A stretch of 64,000 nucleotides of DNA, taken from the NCBI GenBank assembly GCA_035317965.1, contig DATHFT010000197.1:12731-76730 (forward strand). Direction: 5' to 3'. The notes beneath the pieces were generated by a model that saw only the letters and a list, made by a program, of their open reading frames with translations, made no database searches and had not been told where the DNA came from. Within the stretch, counting starts at the first letter, position 1; each line of letters begins with the position of its first letter. The DNA is from Candidatus Saccharimonadales bacterium. Its GTDB lineage: Bacteria > Acidobacteriota > Terriglobia > Acidiferrales > UBA7541. Of the stretch, positions 1-9,723 are shown piece by piece. The position numbers and the translations under genes were made by a program.

Positions 1-1
1 G

Positions 2-1468
2 CGCTGGCGGCGAATTACAAATTCAATTCGCCAAGCAGTCCCCGTAGAGCAAGGGCGTGAAATTGAGTCGCTGCGCCGGGTTGAGCGGTCCGCAGGAGCG
101 CGGCGGCAGATTCCCCTGTTGGTTTCGGACAATTCTCTCGAACCAGGAATATTCGGGATCACCCGGCCTGTTTTGGTGTGGCCGCGCGGCATTTCCGATC
201 GGCTAGAGGATGCTCACCTTAAATCCATCCTGGCGCACGAACTGTGCCATGTGCGACGTCAGGACAATCTAGCGGCCGCAGCGCATATGGCGGTCGAAGC
301 CATCTTCTGGTTTCACCCGCTAGTCTGGTGGCTGGGCCATCGGCTGGTCACTGAGCGCGAACTGGCTTGTGACGAAGCAGTTCTGGAAATGGGTAGCGAG
401 CGCCAGGTCTACGCAGAGAGCATTCTGAAAATCTGCGAATTCTGCGTTGGCTCCCCGCTCAATTGCGTCTCCGGAGTTACCGGCGCCGATTTGAAAAAGC
501 GTATCGCCCACATCATGGCGGAGGATGCCGTGCACGGATTAGGCTTCAGCAAGAGGATTTTGCTCGGGACGGCAGGACTGGCTGCCTTCGGAGTGCCGCT
601 CGTATTCGGTTTGCTGAACGCGACGCAAACTCAGGCGCTGCCGCAAGCACAGACTGCGGATGTCGGGACGGCGGTGCCTGGTTACAAGAGCTCTTATATC
701 AAAATTAATCCGGAAGGCACGGAAGCCTTGCGAACCGGCGGAATTATTCATCAAAAATTGATGATCAATCCCGGTGAGTTCAGCGCGGAGAACGCTTCCC
801 TGCAGGACCTCCTTCGATTCGCCTACGGCGTCGAATACTTTCAGATCGTAGAAGTACCGGCGGCATTCTACGGTAAGTTGTTGGATGTTGAGGCAAAATC
901 CAACAGTTCGATAAAAAACGCGATGCAGAAATTGGACGAAAATCAGCGCCAACTGCAAAGTCAGCGGATGACCCAGGCGATCCTGGAGAACCATTTGCAC
1001 CTGAAAACTCATCGTGAGACAAGAAATCTGCCAACTTTTACCCTAAGCGTGGGTGAATCTGGAAAACTCCAAGAAGTCAAAATCGATTGCGATCGTTCCG
1101 TCCATCAATATGTCATGCAGAAACCAGGCATGCCGCTCACCGCATCGTGCGGAATGGTAGCACCCGGGCTTGGGATTCTTGCTGCAAATACCGTCACGAT
1201 GAAACAATTTGCGAAGTCTCTCTCGAGTATCACTGCCCGAATGGTCGCAGATAAAACCAATCTTGTGGGTAAATATAATATGAACCTGAGATGGAATCCG
1301 GATCCCAATCAATATCCAGAATATGGTGGCCCTCGCCCGCAAGCAGACCCCAATGGCTCGACGCTTGACGTGGCACTGCTGCAACAACTCGGCTTGCAGC
1401 TGGAACCCACGACAGCTCCAGTTGAAGTTCTCGTCGTCGATCACGCCGAATTGCCCGCAGACAACTAG
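2..1468 (+). CDS. BlaR1/MecR1-type M56 peptidase sensor fused to a TIGR03435-like C-terminal domain (5' end outside window)
   Basis: The frame is open from base 2, with no stop before the track's TTG at 119, so the gene starts upstream of the window. HELCH (HExxH) within AHELCHVRRQDNL, plus FWFHPLVWW, are M56 signatures. The C-terminal LQQLGLQLEP..VEVLVVDH tail resembles the soil-associated TIGR03435 family (from memory). Confidence 0.8.
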   Translation, partial: RWRRITNSIRQAVPVEQGREIESLRRVERSAGARRQIPLLVSDNSLEPGIFGITRPVLVWPRGISDRLEDAHLKSILAHELCHVRRQDNLAAAAHMAVEAIFWFHPLVWWLGHRLVTERELACDEAVLEMGSERQVYAESILKICEFCVGSPLNCVSGVTGADLKKRIAHIMAEDAVHGLGFSKRILLGTAGLAAFGVPLVFGLLNATQTQALPQAQTADVGTAVPGYKSSYIKINPEGTEALRTGGIIHQKLMINPGEFSAENASLQDLLRFAYGVEYFQIVEVPAAFYGKLLDVEAKSNSSIKNAMQKLDENQRQLQSQRMTQAILENHLHLKTHRETRNLPTFTLSVGESGKLQEVKIDCDRSVHQYVMQKPGMPLTASCGMVAPGLGILAANTVTMKQFAKSLSSITARMVADKTNLVGKYNMNLRWNPDPNQYPEYGGPRPQADPNGSTLDVALLQQLGLQLEPTTAPVEVLVVDHAELPADN

Positions 1469-1622
1469 CTCGCGGACGGAGGGGGCGAGATGTTTCTCTA
1501 CCTGCGCCCTACTCCTCGTCCCTGCAGGCTTATAACTTCTCGCTTTGCCTGAAAGCCAACCCGGCATAGGATGTGGCGCAACGTGCTCTCAATCGTTGTT
1601 CGTTCCTTCAAGGAGCCTCTCC

Positions 1623-2048
1623 ATGCACATGCACAATCTGAATCTGATCGCCATTTTTGTCGCCGCAGTCTCCACGATGATGGTGGGATTTCTTTGGTAT
1701 TCACCCATTCTTTTTGCGAAGCCCTGGGTGCGCGAAATGGGATACGACCTCAACGACAAGGCAAAAATGGATGAGATGAAGAAGAGCGCCGGTCCCGCCT
1801 ATTTTGGTTCCTTCATCGCCAGCATCGTTTCCGCTTTTGTTCTTGCACTTTTTTTACATGAAATGCGGGTACAAAATCTCGAAATCGGCTTATTGGTGAG
1901 CTTCCATGTCTGGTTGGGATTTGTCGCGACGGTGCAACTAACGGGAGTTCTCTTCATGAAACAGAGCATGAAGTTGTTCGCTATCAATTCGGGATACCAG
2001 TTGGTTTGCTACCTGGTAATGGGCGCAATTCTTACGGCATGGAAATAG
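1623..2048 (+). CDS. DUF1761 family membrane protein
   Basis: The ATG at 1623 gives MHMHNLNLIAIFVAAVSTMMVGFLWYSPILFAKPW, typical of DUF1761. Several hydrophobic helices are present. The upstream part of the track ORF (from 1545) looks non-coding. Confidence 0.7.
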   Translation: MHMHNLNLIAIFVAAVSTMMVGFLWYSPILFAKPWVREMGYDLNDKAKMDEMKKSAGPAYFGSFIASIVSAFVLALFLHEMRVQNLEIGLLVSFHVWLGFVATVQLTGVLFMKQSMKLFAINSGYQLVCYLVMGAILTAWK

Positions 2049-2075
2049 CAGAAGCCGAGCCGACCATTCGACTGG

Positions 2076-3209
2076 CTAATCCGCGCCCGATGCGGCCTGG
2101 GTCTCCTTGTAAAACGGATAGTCAATGTAGCCGCGCGCTTCAAATGTATAGAAAGTGTCGCGCTCCGCTGCGTTTAGCGGCAGCCCAAGCCTAATGCGCT
2201 CCGGCAAATCCGGATTCGCCACGAAATGCCGTCCGAATGCCACCAGATCGGCGTCGCCTTTTTCAACAATCGTCTCGGCCGTGTCCGGTTCAAATCCGCC
2301 GGCCGCGATAATCTTGCCGTTGAACACCTTGCGCAGTTGCTGCGCGGCAATGGGGGCCTGCCCTTCTGCGATCACCACATTGCCTTTCACTCGCGGCTCA
2401 ACAATATGCAAGTACGCCAGTCCGAACCGGTTCAGCGCTCTGGCCACATACGCGAACAATTCTACGGGATTGCTGTCATGCATTCCGTTAAACGTTCCGC
2501 TGGGCGCGATTCGCACGCCCAATCGATCTCCGCCCCACACCGAAGCCAGCGCTTCCACAACTTCCAGAAGAAACCGCGAGCGATTCTCAATCGAACCACC
2601 ATAGGCGTCGGTGCGCTGGTTGGTGCCATCCTGCAAGAATTGATCGATCAAATAACCATTCGCCGCGTGAAGTTCGACGCCATCAAAACCGGCCGCTTTC
2701 GCACGCTCAGCGGCTCTGCGATAGTCCTCGACAATTCTCGGAATCTCCGCAATGTCCAGCGCCCGGGGCGGCGATGGCTTCTGCCATCCACTCGGCGTCG
2801 AGACCACACCCTCAAACGGTTCAACGACCGACGCTGTAACAGGCGTGGATCCGCCGGTGGTAGTGACATGCGAAGCGCGGCCCGTATGCCACAGTTGCGA
2901 GAACATGCGGCCGCCCCTTGCATGAACAGCACTGGTAATTTTCTGCCATCCGGCCACCTGCTCGTCCGAATACATTCCCGGCGCTCCAAACCAGCCGCGC
3001 CCCGAAATCGAAATTGTCGTCGCCTCAGAAATAATAAGTCCGCCATTTGACGTCCGCTGCGCGTAGTACTCCAGCATCAAATCACCGGGAACATCGCCCG
3101 GCTGCAGAGAACGCGATCGCGTCAAGGGCGCCATCACGACTCGATGGCCCAAACTGATCGCTCCGATTTCGACCGGCGTAAAAAGCTTCTGCGCTTTCGA
3201 AACTGCCAT
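2076..3209 (-). CDS. Old Yellow Enzyme family NADH:flavin oxidoreductase (NemA/alkene reductase-like)
   Basis: Carries the OYE-family motifs MAPLTRSR, HTGRASH, GFDGVELHAANGYLIDQFL and AFGRHFVANPDLP. The full-length ORF is 377 aa. Confidence 0.85.
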   Translation of the reverse strand: MAVSKAQKLFTPVEIGAISLGHRVVMAPLTRSRSLQPGDVPGDLMLEYYAQRTSNGGLIISEATTISISGRGWFGAPGMYSDEQVAGWQKITSAVHARGGRMFSQLWHTGRASHVTTTGGSTPVTASVVEPFEGVVSTPSGWQKPSPPRALDIAEIPRIVEDYRRAAERAKAAGFDGVELHAANGYLIDQFLQDGTNQRTDAYGGSIENRSRFLLEVVEALASVWGGDRLGVRIAPSGTFNGMHDSNPVELFAYVARALNRFGLAYLHIVEPRVKGNVVIAEGQAPIAAQQLRKVFNGKIIAAGGFEPDTAETIVEKGDADLVAFGRHFVANPDLPERIRLGLPLNAAERDTFYTFEARGYIDYPFYKETQAASGAD

Positions 3210-3477
3210 AACTTGCTCCTTAACAATCCACTTGCGGGCTTTTGCGATTTTAAGCCGCTTTTATTCTGACCATATGGATGCTCTCGGGAACCCTGTGGAT
3301 ACAATTGCAGTCAATAAGCGGAAAATACAGTACCCACGGCCGGCCACATCCGATGCCAAGAGCCGGTCACTGCCGCTTGGCAGCAAAAACGCAATCTTGA
3401 AATCAGGAGTAAGATAGCCTGCCTGGGTTGCGATTCTGTTCCCGGGCTCGCGCGTTCCCAATGCAGGATATCCATCC

Positions 3478-4374
3478 ATGAATCAATCCGACTCCTGGCC
3501 GGCGCTTCCTCTGGCCGAATGGAAAAATACGTACGCGACTCTGCACATGTGGACGCAAGTTGTGGGCAAAGTGCGGCTTGCGCTCGCCCCGCCGGTCAAT
3601 CATTTCTGGGGCACAGCTCTGTACGTCAGCACACGCGGCTTAACAACTTCTCCCATCCCGTACCCGGGAGGCGTTTTTGATATCACCTTTGACTTCGTCC
3701 AGCACTCTCTGGAAATCACAACGAGCCTCGGCGAAACCAGGTCTTTCGCTCTCATTCCGCGTAGTGTCGCCAAATTCTACGAAAAGCTGATGGACGCCCT
3801 GCATTCACTCGACATTGCAGTCAAAGTCTGGCCCATGCCGGTGGAAGTTCCGAGCCCGGTGCGCTTTACGCAGGACGAAGCCCATGATTCCTACGACCGC
3901 GAGTACGCACACCGCTTCTGGCAAATCCTGGTTAGCGTTGACACTGTGTTGCACGAATTTCGCTCGCGATTTATTGGCAAGGTGAGTCCAGTCCATTTTT
4001 TCTGGGGCAGCTTTGATCTCGCGGTGACGCGGTTTTCTGGCAGACGCGCCCCCGCGCGCGCTGGTGCGGACTTTCTCACCAAAGAAGCCTATTCGCACGA
4101 AGTCATAAGTGTGGGATTTTGGCCGGGCGACGGCGAAATCATCAAAGATGCCGCTTTTTATGCTTACGCGGCGCCGGAGCCGTCTGGATTCAAAGAACGC
4201 CGGGTACAGCCGGAAAAAGCCTTTTACAACTCTGAGAAAAGCGAATTCTTCCTGATGTACGACGACCTCCGGACATCAGAAAATCCCAAGCAGGCGCTGC
4301 TCGACTTTTGTCAGAGCACTTACGAAGCCGGAGCAACTCTCGGAAATTGGGATCGCGCAAATCTGGAACGGTAA
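3478..4374 (+). CDS. DUF5996 family protein
   Basis: The N-terminus WPALPLAEWKNTYATLHMWTQVVGKVRLA is characteristic of DUF5996 (from memory). It is a clean 298-aa ORF. Function is unknown. Confidence 0.65.
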   Translation: MNQSDSWPALPLAEWKNTYATLHMWTQVVGKVRLALAPPVNHFWGTALYVSTRGLTTSPIPYPGGVFDITFDFVQHSLEITTSLGETRSFALIPRSVAKFYEKLMDALHSLDIAVKVWPMPVEVPSPVRFTQDEAHDSYDREYAHRFWQILVSVDTVLHEFRSRFIGKVSPVHFFWGSFDLAVTRFSGRRAPARAGADFLTKEAYSHEVISVGFWPGDGEIIKDAAFYAYAAPEPSGFKERRVQPEKAFYNSEKSEFFLMYDDLRTSENPKQALLDFCQSTYEAGATLGNWDRANLER

Positions 4375-4518
4375 GGCGTTGGCCGCAGACCAGCTTTTGC
4401 GGTTCTGCGGGCTAGCCTCCGGTAATTCCCCTTTTCTCGGAACGATTTTCGCGGTATGAAGACTGTTTGGCGGTCTGCGTCTATACTCATCAGCAGCGTC
4501 GCACCTTGAGGAGCCGTT

Positions 4519-5649
4519 ATGGAGCGCAGTGTTCGCGACATTCTCAACCTTTATAATCCGAACGACCCTCTCGACCAGGCCTGGACGATTCCTTCCCCCT
4601 GGTACTTCGATCCGCGCGTGGGAACCCTCGAAGAGCAGAGCGTCTTCGCGGCAACATGGCAGGTGGTGGGCAGAGCTGATCAAGTACGCGAAAAGGGAAA
4701 CTTTTTCACTGCCGACATTGCCGGTGAGCCGCTTGTTGTCGCCCGTGGTGATGATGGCGAACTGCGCGCGTTCTATAACGTCTGCCGGCATCACGCTGCC
4801 GCCGTTGTTACGGAAAAACAAGGCTGCGCCAAGCAGTTCCGCTGCCCCTATCACGGCTGGACCTACGGGACAGATGGCGCGCTAAAGGGGATGGTCGAAT
4901 TCGATGGTGTCTGCAATTTTGACCGAGGGAAGAATGGTCTGGTTCCCGTTCGTGTCGATATCTGGGAGAATTTCGTATTCGTCAACCTTGATGGCCACGC
5001 ATTGCCGCTCCGGGATTTTCTCGGCGCAGTCCCCGGCATCGTTGCGCCGCTGCAACTCACCCAGAAATTGCACTATTTCGACCGCCGCATCTACACGCTG
5101 AATTGCAACTGGAAGGTTTACGTCGACAACTATCTCGACGGCGGCTACCACGTGCCGCACGCGCACAAAGGACTCAGCAGCGTCATCGAATACACAAAAT
5201 ACACGATCGAGAATTTCGACCGGGCCTGTTTACAATCCAGCCCGCTGTCCTCCGACACCAGCTCGGAAGCAGGCGTCGCCGCCACGCGCCAGGGTCGCGC
5301 GTTTTACCTGTGGATTTATCCGAACTTCATGATCAACGCCTATGAAGGGGTAATGGACACCAACCTGGTTCTACCCATTGGCGTCAACAAGTGCGCCGTA
5401 ATCTTCGACTATTATTTCGGCGACGTCAGCCAATCCGCCGAGGCTCACAACAAAGAAAGCATCCGCATTAGTGAAAAAGTTCAGGATGAAGACGAAGCCA
5501 TTTGCGATGCCGTGCAACGCGGACTTGGCTCGCGGGCTTACGTGGCTGGCCGCTTGTCCGTGCGGCGCGAAGCCGGCGAGCATCTCTTCCACCGACTACT
5601 CCACAGCGATCTTACCGGTGCCCTCGAGCAACCCGCCGCAGCCGACTAG
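4519..5649 (+). CDS. Rieske [2Fe-2S] ring-hydroxylating oxygenase alpha subunit (choline monooxygenase-like)
   Basis: Has the CRHH...CPYHGW Rieske motif and the DNYLDGGYHVPHAH mononuclear-iron motif. A GAGGAG sits 5 nt upstream of the ATG. Confidence 0.85.
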   Translation: MERSVRDILNLYNPNDPLDQAWTIPSPWYFDPRVGTLEEQSVFAATWQVVGRADQVREKGNFFTADIAGEPLVVARGDDGELRAFYNVCRHHAAAVVTEKQGCAKQFRCPYHGWTYGTDGALKGMVEFDGVCNFDRGKNGLVPVRVDIWENFVFVNLDGHALPLRDFLGAVPGIVAPLQLTQKLHYFDRRIYTLNCNWKVYVDNYLDGGYHVPHAHKGLSSVIEYTKYTIENFDRACLQSSPLSSDTSSEAGVAATRQGRAFYLWIYPNFMINAYEGVMDTNLVLPIGVNKCAVIFDYYFGDVSQSAEAHNKESIRISEKVQDEDEAICDAVQRGLGSRAYVAGRLSVRREAGEHLFHRLLHSDLTGALEQPAAAD

Positions 5650-5660
5650 CAAGACGCGTT

Positions 5661-8498
5661 CTAGAAGAATACTCCCGGCGGATTGGTGATCAACTTGTCG
5701 AGCGCCGCCCCGACATCGGGAGCAGTACGGTCCCAGTAGTGGGTGTGCGATCCCAGGCCAATGCACATTTCCGCGCGTTCGCGATTCACATCCATCGCCA
5801 TCGCCGCTGGGTGGTGGTAGGTGGTCGTTGCATTGTGGCGGAGCCACTGGCCAATCCACAACGAGCGCCCTACGTAGTCGCCGCTTCTATAAATGTTCAG
5901 CCAGCCTTTTACCCGCATTTCCTCAGTGCGCGGCAAAGCTTGCGGGCTGATCGCAGGAATCGGAACTTCGGCTGCTGGACCTAAAGGATTTCCCAGCGAA
6001 TTGTCCGGCCGATCGGTCAGCCACCAGTATAGATGAGGAAAAAAGCGGTTCATCAATTGCCGCAGAGGGCTTCCCATGGTCATCAAGTAGATGGGAATTG
6101 GGGCTTGTCCGTGTTTTTGTCCAAAACCGAATGGCGCAAGTGTGCGGTCCTGCGTGGCGAGTCCGGTGCGATGCAAATAGCGAAAAAGATCAGTGGTAAC
6201 GAGCGTTCCCAGGCTGTGGGCCACCACAACCACCTTCGCATACGGGCGCCCCTGTGCATCGCGATAGGCTCCGATGTGGCGCAACAAGGATGTCACGCGC
6301 TCTGCAATTCGCGCACGGGGCGCAAGGTCGGCCGGCGAGGTTCGCAAATAATTGTCCACGTCGAGCAGCGTGTCCAGAACAGTTCCCAGATATTTCAATC
6401 CAACACCATAAATCGCCGTAGCGGAAATGGCGATGCTGGCCTGCTGCAAAATGGGAAGGGTCAGCCGGCTGGCAACAATCGTGAACCGATGCACGCCTTC
6501 CGGCGCCAAATCATTCCACACCAGCCAATCCAAGGCTCCGAACACGATGGGAATGGGAACAATGGCGAACCACAGCATGCGGGTAACGATGGCGGTGGAA
6601 TCCAAGCCGCGCGAGAGCCACTCTCCGAGCCATCCCGATTCGCGGTCCCCAAAATTGGGATTGGGATTCGGCGAGACTTCGTACATCAAGGAAGGCAAAA
6701 CCGCCCAGGTCAGAAGAAAAAAACCCAAGGTGGCGAGCAAAAGGGTAAGCGGCAGTCCGGGTGTGATGCTGATCAGAAGCAATCCTCGTAGATACGTGCT
6801 CCAGGGTCGATCCGGCAACGGCGCTTGTTTTCCTCCGTACTCCAGCGAGGGCCCGCAATGGCTGAGGGCGTCCCTTCGTCTGATGATGCGTCCTTTGATG
6901 GGCCCCGAGGCGTGGTCCATCCACGCTTCCAGATAGCAAACATCGGGAATGAAGTAGGACGCCACTACCCACGACGAAGGGCCTTCGATGGCTGCGGCGT
7001 GGGTGACGTGGTCAAAGACCTTCAGTTTGTCCGAGCCGGTGACCACGAGCGCAGTCCACAGAGAAAGCGTAACAACGAGAAAGAGCAATGCAGGAATCGC
7101 AAATGCCAGCCGGCCGGTGCGCATCGCGGCGCGGGCCCGCGCTTTCTGGTCATGGTTTTCCATTCTGAAACTGCAAAATTCTCCGACCGGCCAGCTGAGA
7201 AGCGCACATACCAGACAGGCAATCCAACAGAGCGACAACTCGCCGAAGAGCAGTTGCACGGACCAGAAGGCGGCGGTCGCTCCTTCATTGCAGGCGTTGT
7301 TTAGTTGCGCTGCCTTGTGCAGGAATATTCCGAAAAACAAGGCTACGTTTACGGAGTAGAGAAAAATGCTGAGCTTGAAGGAACCGGGGCGCATCGCTTC
7401 AAACTTGCTGGTGATCCAAAAAATCGTGGCTCCGGTTACCGCCAGGCCCGTCAGCAGAAGAAGAATCTTTCCGAAGTCCAGCGCCGGGGCCCAAAGGGAT
7501 TGATAGGCGTGGGCCAGGCCCAATAGGGCAAGAATTCCGGCGGCCGCTCCCAGAAACGGAATCAAAGCCCAATCCAAGGCCCGCGGCGGTGAAGACCTGT
7601 TTCGTCGCAGAACAAACGTGAGGGCGATGCCAAAAGCAGCCGCCAGCAACATTCCGATCGCGGTGGCGCTTCGTGTCGAAAACTTATCTGAAAAAGCGGC
7701 CAGGCCCAGGGCCAGCAGAGTCAAATTCAAGATCGGAATCCACATCACCAGCACGCGAATCGAAATCGCATGCACAGTCGCAAGAACTCCCCAACGATTC
7801 AATCGGTCGCCCGGAGGTGCGTTTTCTGCTTCCGCCCAATAGATCGCCTGCATGCTCAGGCTCGCCAAATGAAACAGCAATTGATAAAGCGCAAACAGGA
7901 AGCGCACGATTCCGTTCTGCGGCTTGCTTAGGTCAGAGTAATGCGAGTCGTAGATGTGAACTGCCGTCGAACCGGTGGCAGATTTGGCTTGCCCTTCCAG
8001 TCGTGCCGTTGAAAAGGTGCGGTCCGGTTCACCCCGATAGTTCACCAGCTGCGTGCGCATGAATTGATAACCAAATTCACCGCGGTCCGGTTCTTCCGGA
8101 CCGGGCTCCGGGGAAAGACTGTGCGTTCTCGATGCGCCTTTCCTTCGCCGTTCGCACAAAAATCCGCGCCGCTCGTCAAACATGTTCCAGATTCTTGACC
8201 AAAGGGAAGGCGGCCCGCTGCTGCCGGGCGCGAATGCCACTTCATGCGGCGTCTGAACGGGATGCAGGGCCACGTCTACGGATCTTGTTTCAAATCCGCT
8301 GTATGGCGGCGGGTCATGTGGTTTATGGACCCCGTTCTCGCGGCCGATGTTCAGCAGTAGAGTGGAAATCGCCTCGGCCGAAGCGCCCGGCGGATGCTTC
8401 CCAACGCCATGAATGGCAATTACGGCCACCGGCAGGTCTGCCGCCGGCGGCTCAGGGGTGGGGACGGAATGGAACGGTTCATTCGGAACGTTGGACAT
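5661..8498 (-). CDS. Large polytopic membrane protein with split alpha/beta-hydrolase (lipase-like) motifs
   Basis: The ATG at 8498 is preceded by GGGAG; the track ORF extends to 8558. The N-terminus has VAVIAIHGVG (oxyanion-strand-like). About 12-14 hydrophobic helices follow, then VVVVAHSLGT (nucleophile elbow), MGSPLRQ, SGDYVGR and GSHTHYW near the C-terminus. Confidence 0.75.
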   Translation of the reverse strand: MSNVPNEPFHSVPTPEPPAADLPVAVIAIHGVGKHPPGASAEAISTLLLNIGRENGVHKPHDPPPYSGFETRSVDVALHPVQTPHEVAFAPGSSGPPSLWSRIWNMFDERRGFLCERRRKGASRTHSLSPEPGPEEPDRGEFGYQFMRTQLVNYRGEPDRTFSTARLEGQAKSATGSTAVHIYDSHYSDLSKPQNGIVRFLFALYQLLFHLASLSMQAIYWAEAENAPPGDRLNRWGVLATVHAISIRVLVMWIPILNLTLLALGLAAFSDKFSTRSATAIGMLLAAAFGIALTFVLRRNRSSPPRALDWALIPFLGAAAGILALLGLAHAYQSLWAPALDFGKILLLLTGLAVTGATIFWITSKFEAMRPGSFKLSIFLYSVNVALFFGIFLHKAAQLNNACNEGATAAFWSVQLLFGELSLCWIACLVCALLSWPVGEFCSFRMENHDQKARARAAMRTGRLAFAIPALLFLVVTLSLWTALVVTGSDKLKVFDHVTHAAAIEGPSSWVVASYFIPDVCYLEAWMDHASGPIKGRIIRRRDALSHCGPSLEYGGKQAPLPDRPWSTYLRGLLLISITPGLPLTLLLATLGFFLLTWAVLPSLMYEVSPNPNPNFGDRESGWLGEWLSRGLDSTAIVTRMLWFAIVPIPIVFGALDWLVWNDLAPEGVHRFTIVASRLTLPILQQASIAISATAIYGVGLKYLGTVLDTLLDVDNYLRTSPADLAPRARIAERVTSLLRHIGAYRDAQGRPYAKVVVVAHSLGTLVTTDLFRYLHRTGLATQDRTLAPFGFGQKHGQAPIPIYLMTMGSPLRQLMNRFFPHLYWWLTDRPDNSLGNPLGPAAEVPIPAISPQALPRTEEMRVKGWLNIYRSGDYVGRSLWIGQWLRHNATTTYHHPAAMAMDVNRERAEMCIGLGSHTHYWDRTAPDVGAALDKLITNPPGVFF

Positions 8499-8600
8499 GA
8501 CGCTCCCAGCAAAGGAATAAATTGAGCGAAGTCTAATTATGGCTTTTAGACGTGTCAATCTTTAACTAGAAACAGCTCGAGCGGCGTAGCTTATTCGAAT

Positions 8601-9473
8601 TTATTCAAAAATAATCGTTTTGTTGCCATAAAGCAGAATCCGGCTCTCGATGTGCCAGCGCACGGCGCGTGAAAGTACTACTTTTTCCAGGTCGCGTCCT
8701 TTTTCAACGAGATCGTCGAGCGCATCGCGATGCGAAATTCGGGCAACCCCCTGCTCGATGATGGGGCCGTCGTCCAGCACCTCCGTTACATAGTGCGCCG
8801 TGGCCCCAATGAGTTTCACGCCCCGTTCGTACGCCTGCAGATGGGGTTTCGCGCCAATGAACGCCGGCAAAAACGAGTGATGAATATTGATGATCTGCTG
8901 TGGAAATTGCGCAATAAAGTCCGAGGAAAGAACCTGCATGTACCGCGCCAGCACAATCAAATCAATCTCGTTGGCCCGCAGCAGTCCAAGTTCGAGAGCT
9001 TCGGCTTCTGTTTTATTTTCCTTGTTCACCGGAACGACGTGATATGGCACGCCATGAAAATCAGCATGGCGCTTCGCGTCCGGATGATTGCTGATAATCA
9101 GCGGGATGTCGCACACCAGCTCCCCGTTGCGCTGGCGATAGAGCAGATCCACCAAACAATGGTCATACTTCGAGACCAGAATCGCCACGCGCGGCCGATA
9201 ATTGGAAAGCGCCAATTTCCACCGCATCGAAAACTTCGCCGCAATCGGCCCAAAGGCTCCGGCAAAATCTCTCAAATCCAGGGAGAACCCATCCAAATCC
9301 CATTCCACCCGCGCCAGATAATATCGCTCCTCCCCCGCCTGATGCTGCTCGAAATGCAGGATGTTTCCCTCATACCGAAAAATAAAATCAGCAATGGCCG
9401 CATCAAGCCCCTTGCGGTCAGCGCACTGCACTAGAAGGATGGCGCTATTTTTCAACGAAATTCCCCCACGCAC
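8601..9473 (-). CDS. purU: Formyltetrahydrofolate deformylase
   Basis: N-terminal ACT-like segment (ILLVQCADRKGLDAAIADFI) followed by a formyltransferase core (IINIHHSFLPAFIGAKP, IGATAHYVTEVLDDGPII). The start is GTG at 9473; a TTG at 9455 is an alternative. Confidence 0.9.
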   Translation of the reverse strand: MRGGISLKNSAILLVQCADRKGLDAAIADFIFRYEGNILHFEQHQAGEERYYLARVEWDLDGFSLDLRDFAGAFGPIAAKFSMRWKLALSNYRPRVAILVSKYDHCLVDLLYRQRNGELVCDIPLIISNHPDAKRHADFHGVPYHVVPVNKENKTEAEALELGLLRANEIDLIVLARYMQVLSSDFIAQFPQQIINIHHSFLPAFIGAKPHLQAYERGVKLIGATAHYVTEVLDDGPIIEQGVARISHRDALDDLVEKGRDLEKVVLSRAVRWHIESRILLYGNKTIIFE

Positions 9474-9515
9474 TCAGCATTCTACTGAACCTTGCCGCGC
9501 CCAGCGCCACTACAA

Positions 9516-9544
9516 TTGACGCTGTGTGACGTGTCGCCTATACT
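9516..9544 (+). promoter_or_regulatory. Sigma70-like promoter upstream of tig
   Basis: TTGACG (9516-9521), a 17-nt spacer, then TATACT (9539-9544). A 7-bp hairpin ACGCCGG-GGTTT-CCGGCGT lies in the roughly 170-nt leader. Confidence 0.4.
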
Positions 9545-9723
9545 CATTTATTCAGTTGCTGGGTGAATTTCTCACCTGTCTGGTCTCCTCTGAAATCCGT
9601 TGAACGCCGGGGTTTCCGGCGTGCACGCGACTAAGTGCTCCGGAAGCATCTTTGCGGAACGCAAGTTGTTGAGTCCAGCGAAGAAATCATTTCTGTCTAG
9701 CTGTTTGAGGAAAGGACCGTTGT

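Noticed and set aside
9474-9723. A ZTP (pfl) riboswitch upstream of purU on the minus strand, suggested by a GCGCTGGGCGCGG string.
   Set aside because: The 5' subdomain elements I remember (GACUGGCG-type and the associated hairpin) are absent. The region is better explained by the tig promoter and leader on the plus strand.
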